64,000 nucleotides of DNA, taken from NCBI RefSeq assembly GCF_009914755.1, contig NC_060936.1; one strand, written 5' to 3'. The notes beneath the pieces were generated by a model, which was given only the letters and a program-made list of their open reading frames with translations, was not told the origin of the DNA and searched no databases. Positions 62,998 through 64,000 of this stretch are shown here, in pieces; the stretch's first letter is position 1; the number at the start of each line of letters is the position of its first letter. The DNA is from the human T2T-CHM13v2.0 reference genome, Homo sapiens. Position numbers and translations under genes: made by a program.

Positions 62998-63949
62998 TAT
63001 ATATATATAACATACATATATATATAACATATATATATATGTATGTTATATATATATAACATACATATATATATATAACATACATATATATATCTCACAT
63101 TTTTGTTATCCACTCATTGATTGAGCTGGTCCATATTTTTGCAATTGTGAATCATGCTGCTATAAACATGTGTGTGCTGGTATCTTTCTCATATAATGAC
63201 TTCTTCTCCTCTGGGTAGCCACCCAGTAGTGGGATTGTTGGATCAAATGGTAGATCTACTTTTATTTCTTTAAGGAATCTCCACACTGTTTTCCATAGTG
63301 GTTGTACTAGTTTACATCCCCACCAATAGCGTAAAAGTGTTCCATTTTCACCATATTCAAGCCAATGTCTATTACTTTTTGATTTTTTGATTATGGCCAT
63401 TCTTGCAGGAGTGAGGAGGTATCGCATTGTGGTTTTGATTTGCATTTCCCTGATAATTAGTGATATTGATCATTTTTTCATGTTTGTTGGCCATTTGTAT
63501 AACTTCTTTTAAGAATTGTCTATTCATGTTCTTAGCCCAGTTTTGGATAGGATTGTTTGTTTTGTTCTTGCTGATTTGTTTGAGTTCCTTGTAGATTTTG
63601 GATATTAGTCCTTTGTCAGATATATAGATTGCAAAGATTTTCTCCCACTCTGGGTTATCTGTTAACTCTGCTGATAATTTACTTTTGCTGTGCAGAGGCT
63701 TTTTAATCTAATTGAGTCCCATCTATTTATCTTTGTTTTTGTTGCATTTACTTTTGGGTTCTTGATCATGAAGTCTTTGCCTAAGCCAATATCTAGAAGG
63801 AGTTTTTTAATGTTATCTTCTAGAATTTTTATGGTTTCAGGTCTTAGATATAAGTCTTTGATTCATCTCAAGTTGATTTTTGTATAAGATGAGAGATGAG
63901 GATCCAGTTTCACTCTTCCACATGTGGCTTGTCAATTATCCCAGCACCA
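62555..63949 (-). mobile_element. 5'-truncated L1PB1-like insertion with TSD; expanded TA/TATG repeat at 62953-63093
   Basis: TTTTTGGGGAACAGGTGGTGTTTGGTTACATGGATAAG 3' UTR; ORF2 C-terminus [16 protein letters not shown]; ~18-bp TSD AAAAATGGCAAAATTTTG (62537-62554) / AAACATGGCAGAATTTTG (63949-63966). Confidence 0.9.
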
Positions 63950-64000
63950 AACATGGCAGAATTTTGATCACTGTTAAAGCTGAGAGATGGCTTGATGGGG

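Overview
Human genomic DNA: an AluYa5 carrying all five diagnostic substitutions is present. The window is AT-rich and dominated by transposable elements, and I recognise no protein-coding exon, tRNA, rRNA, CpG island or CRISPR array. The ORF-track entries are L1, Alu or ERV remnants, or chance ORFs. Main contents: a near full-length ~8-kb L1PA13-like LINE-1, a 3'-truncated L1PA7/8-like LINE-1, a 5'-truncated L1PB1-like insertion, eight Alus, two head-to-head MER50 solo LTRs, an MLT2A (HERV-L) solo LTR, several MLT1 LTRs, two heavily decayed ERVL-class internal regions, three Tigger-derived DNA transposons, and many L1M, L2 and MIR relics. The most interesting signal is structural. Broken repeats act as fossil markers indicating that the segment order has been shuffled. 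A MER47A ends at 16859 and resumes exactly at 26303, and an L1ME ends at ~27625 and resumes at 16860. This implies an ancestral order A-C-B-[lost]-D versus the present A-B-C-D: a ~1.3-kb block has moved ~9.4 kb into a deletion that removed the 3' end of the L1PA7/8 and the 5' end of an MLT1D. A ~200-bp local templated duplication is also present (35063-35263 vs 37317-37508). Repeat subfamily names come from my recollection of the consensus sequences and need RepeatMasker/Dfam confirmation.
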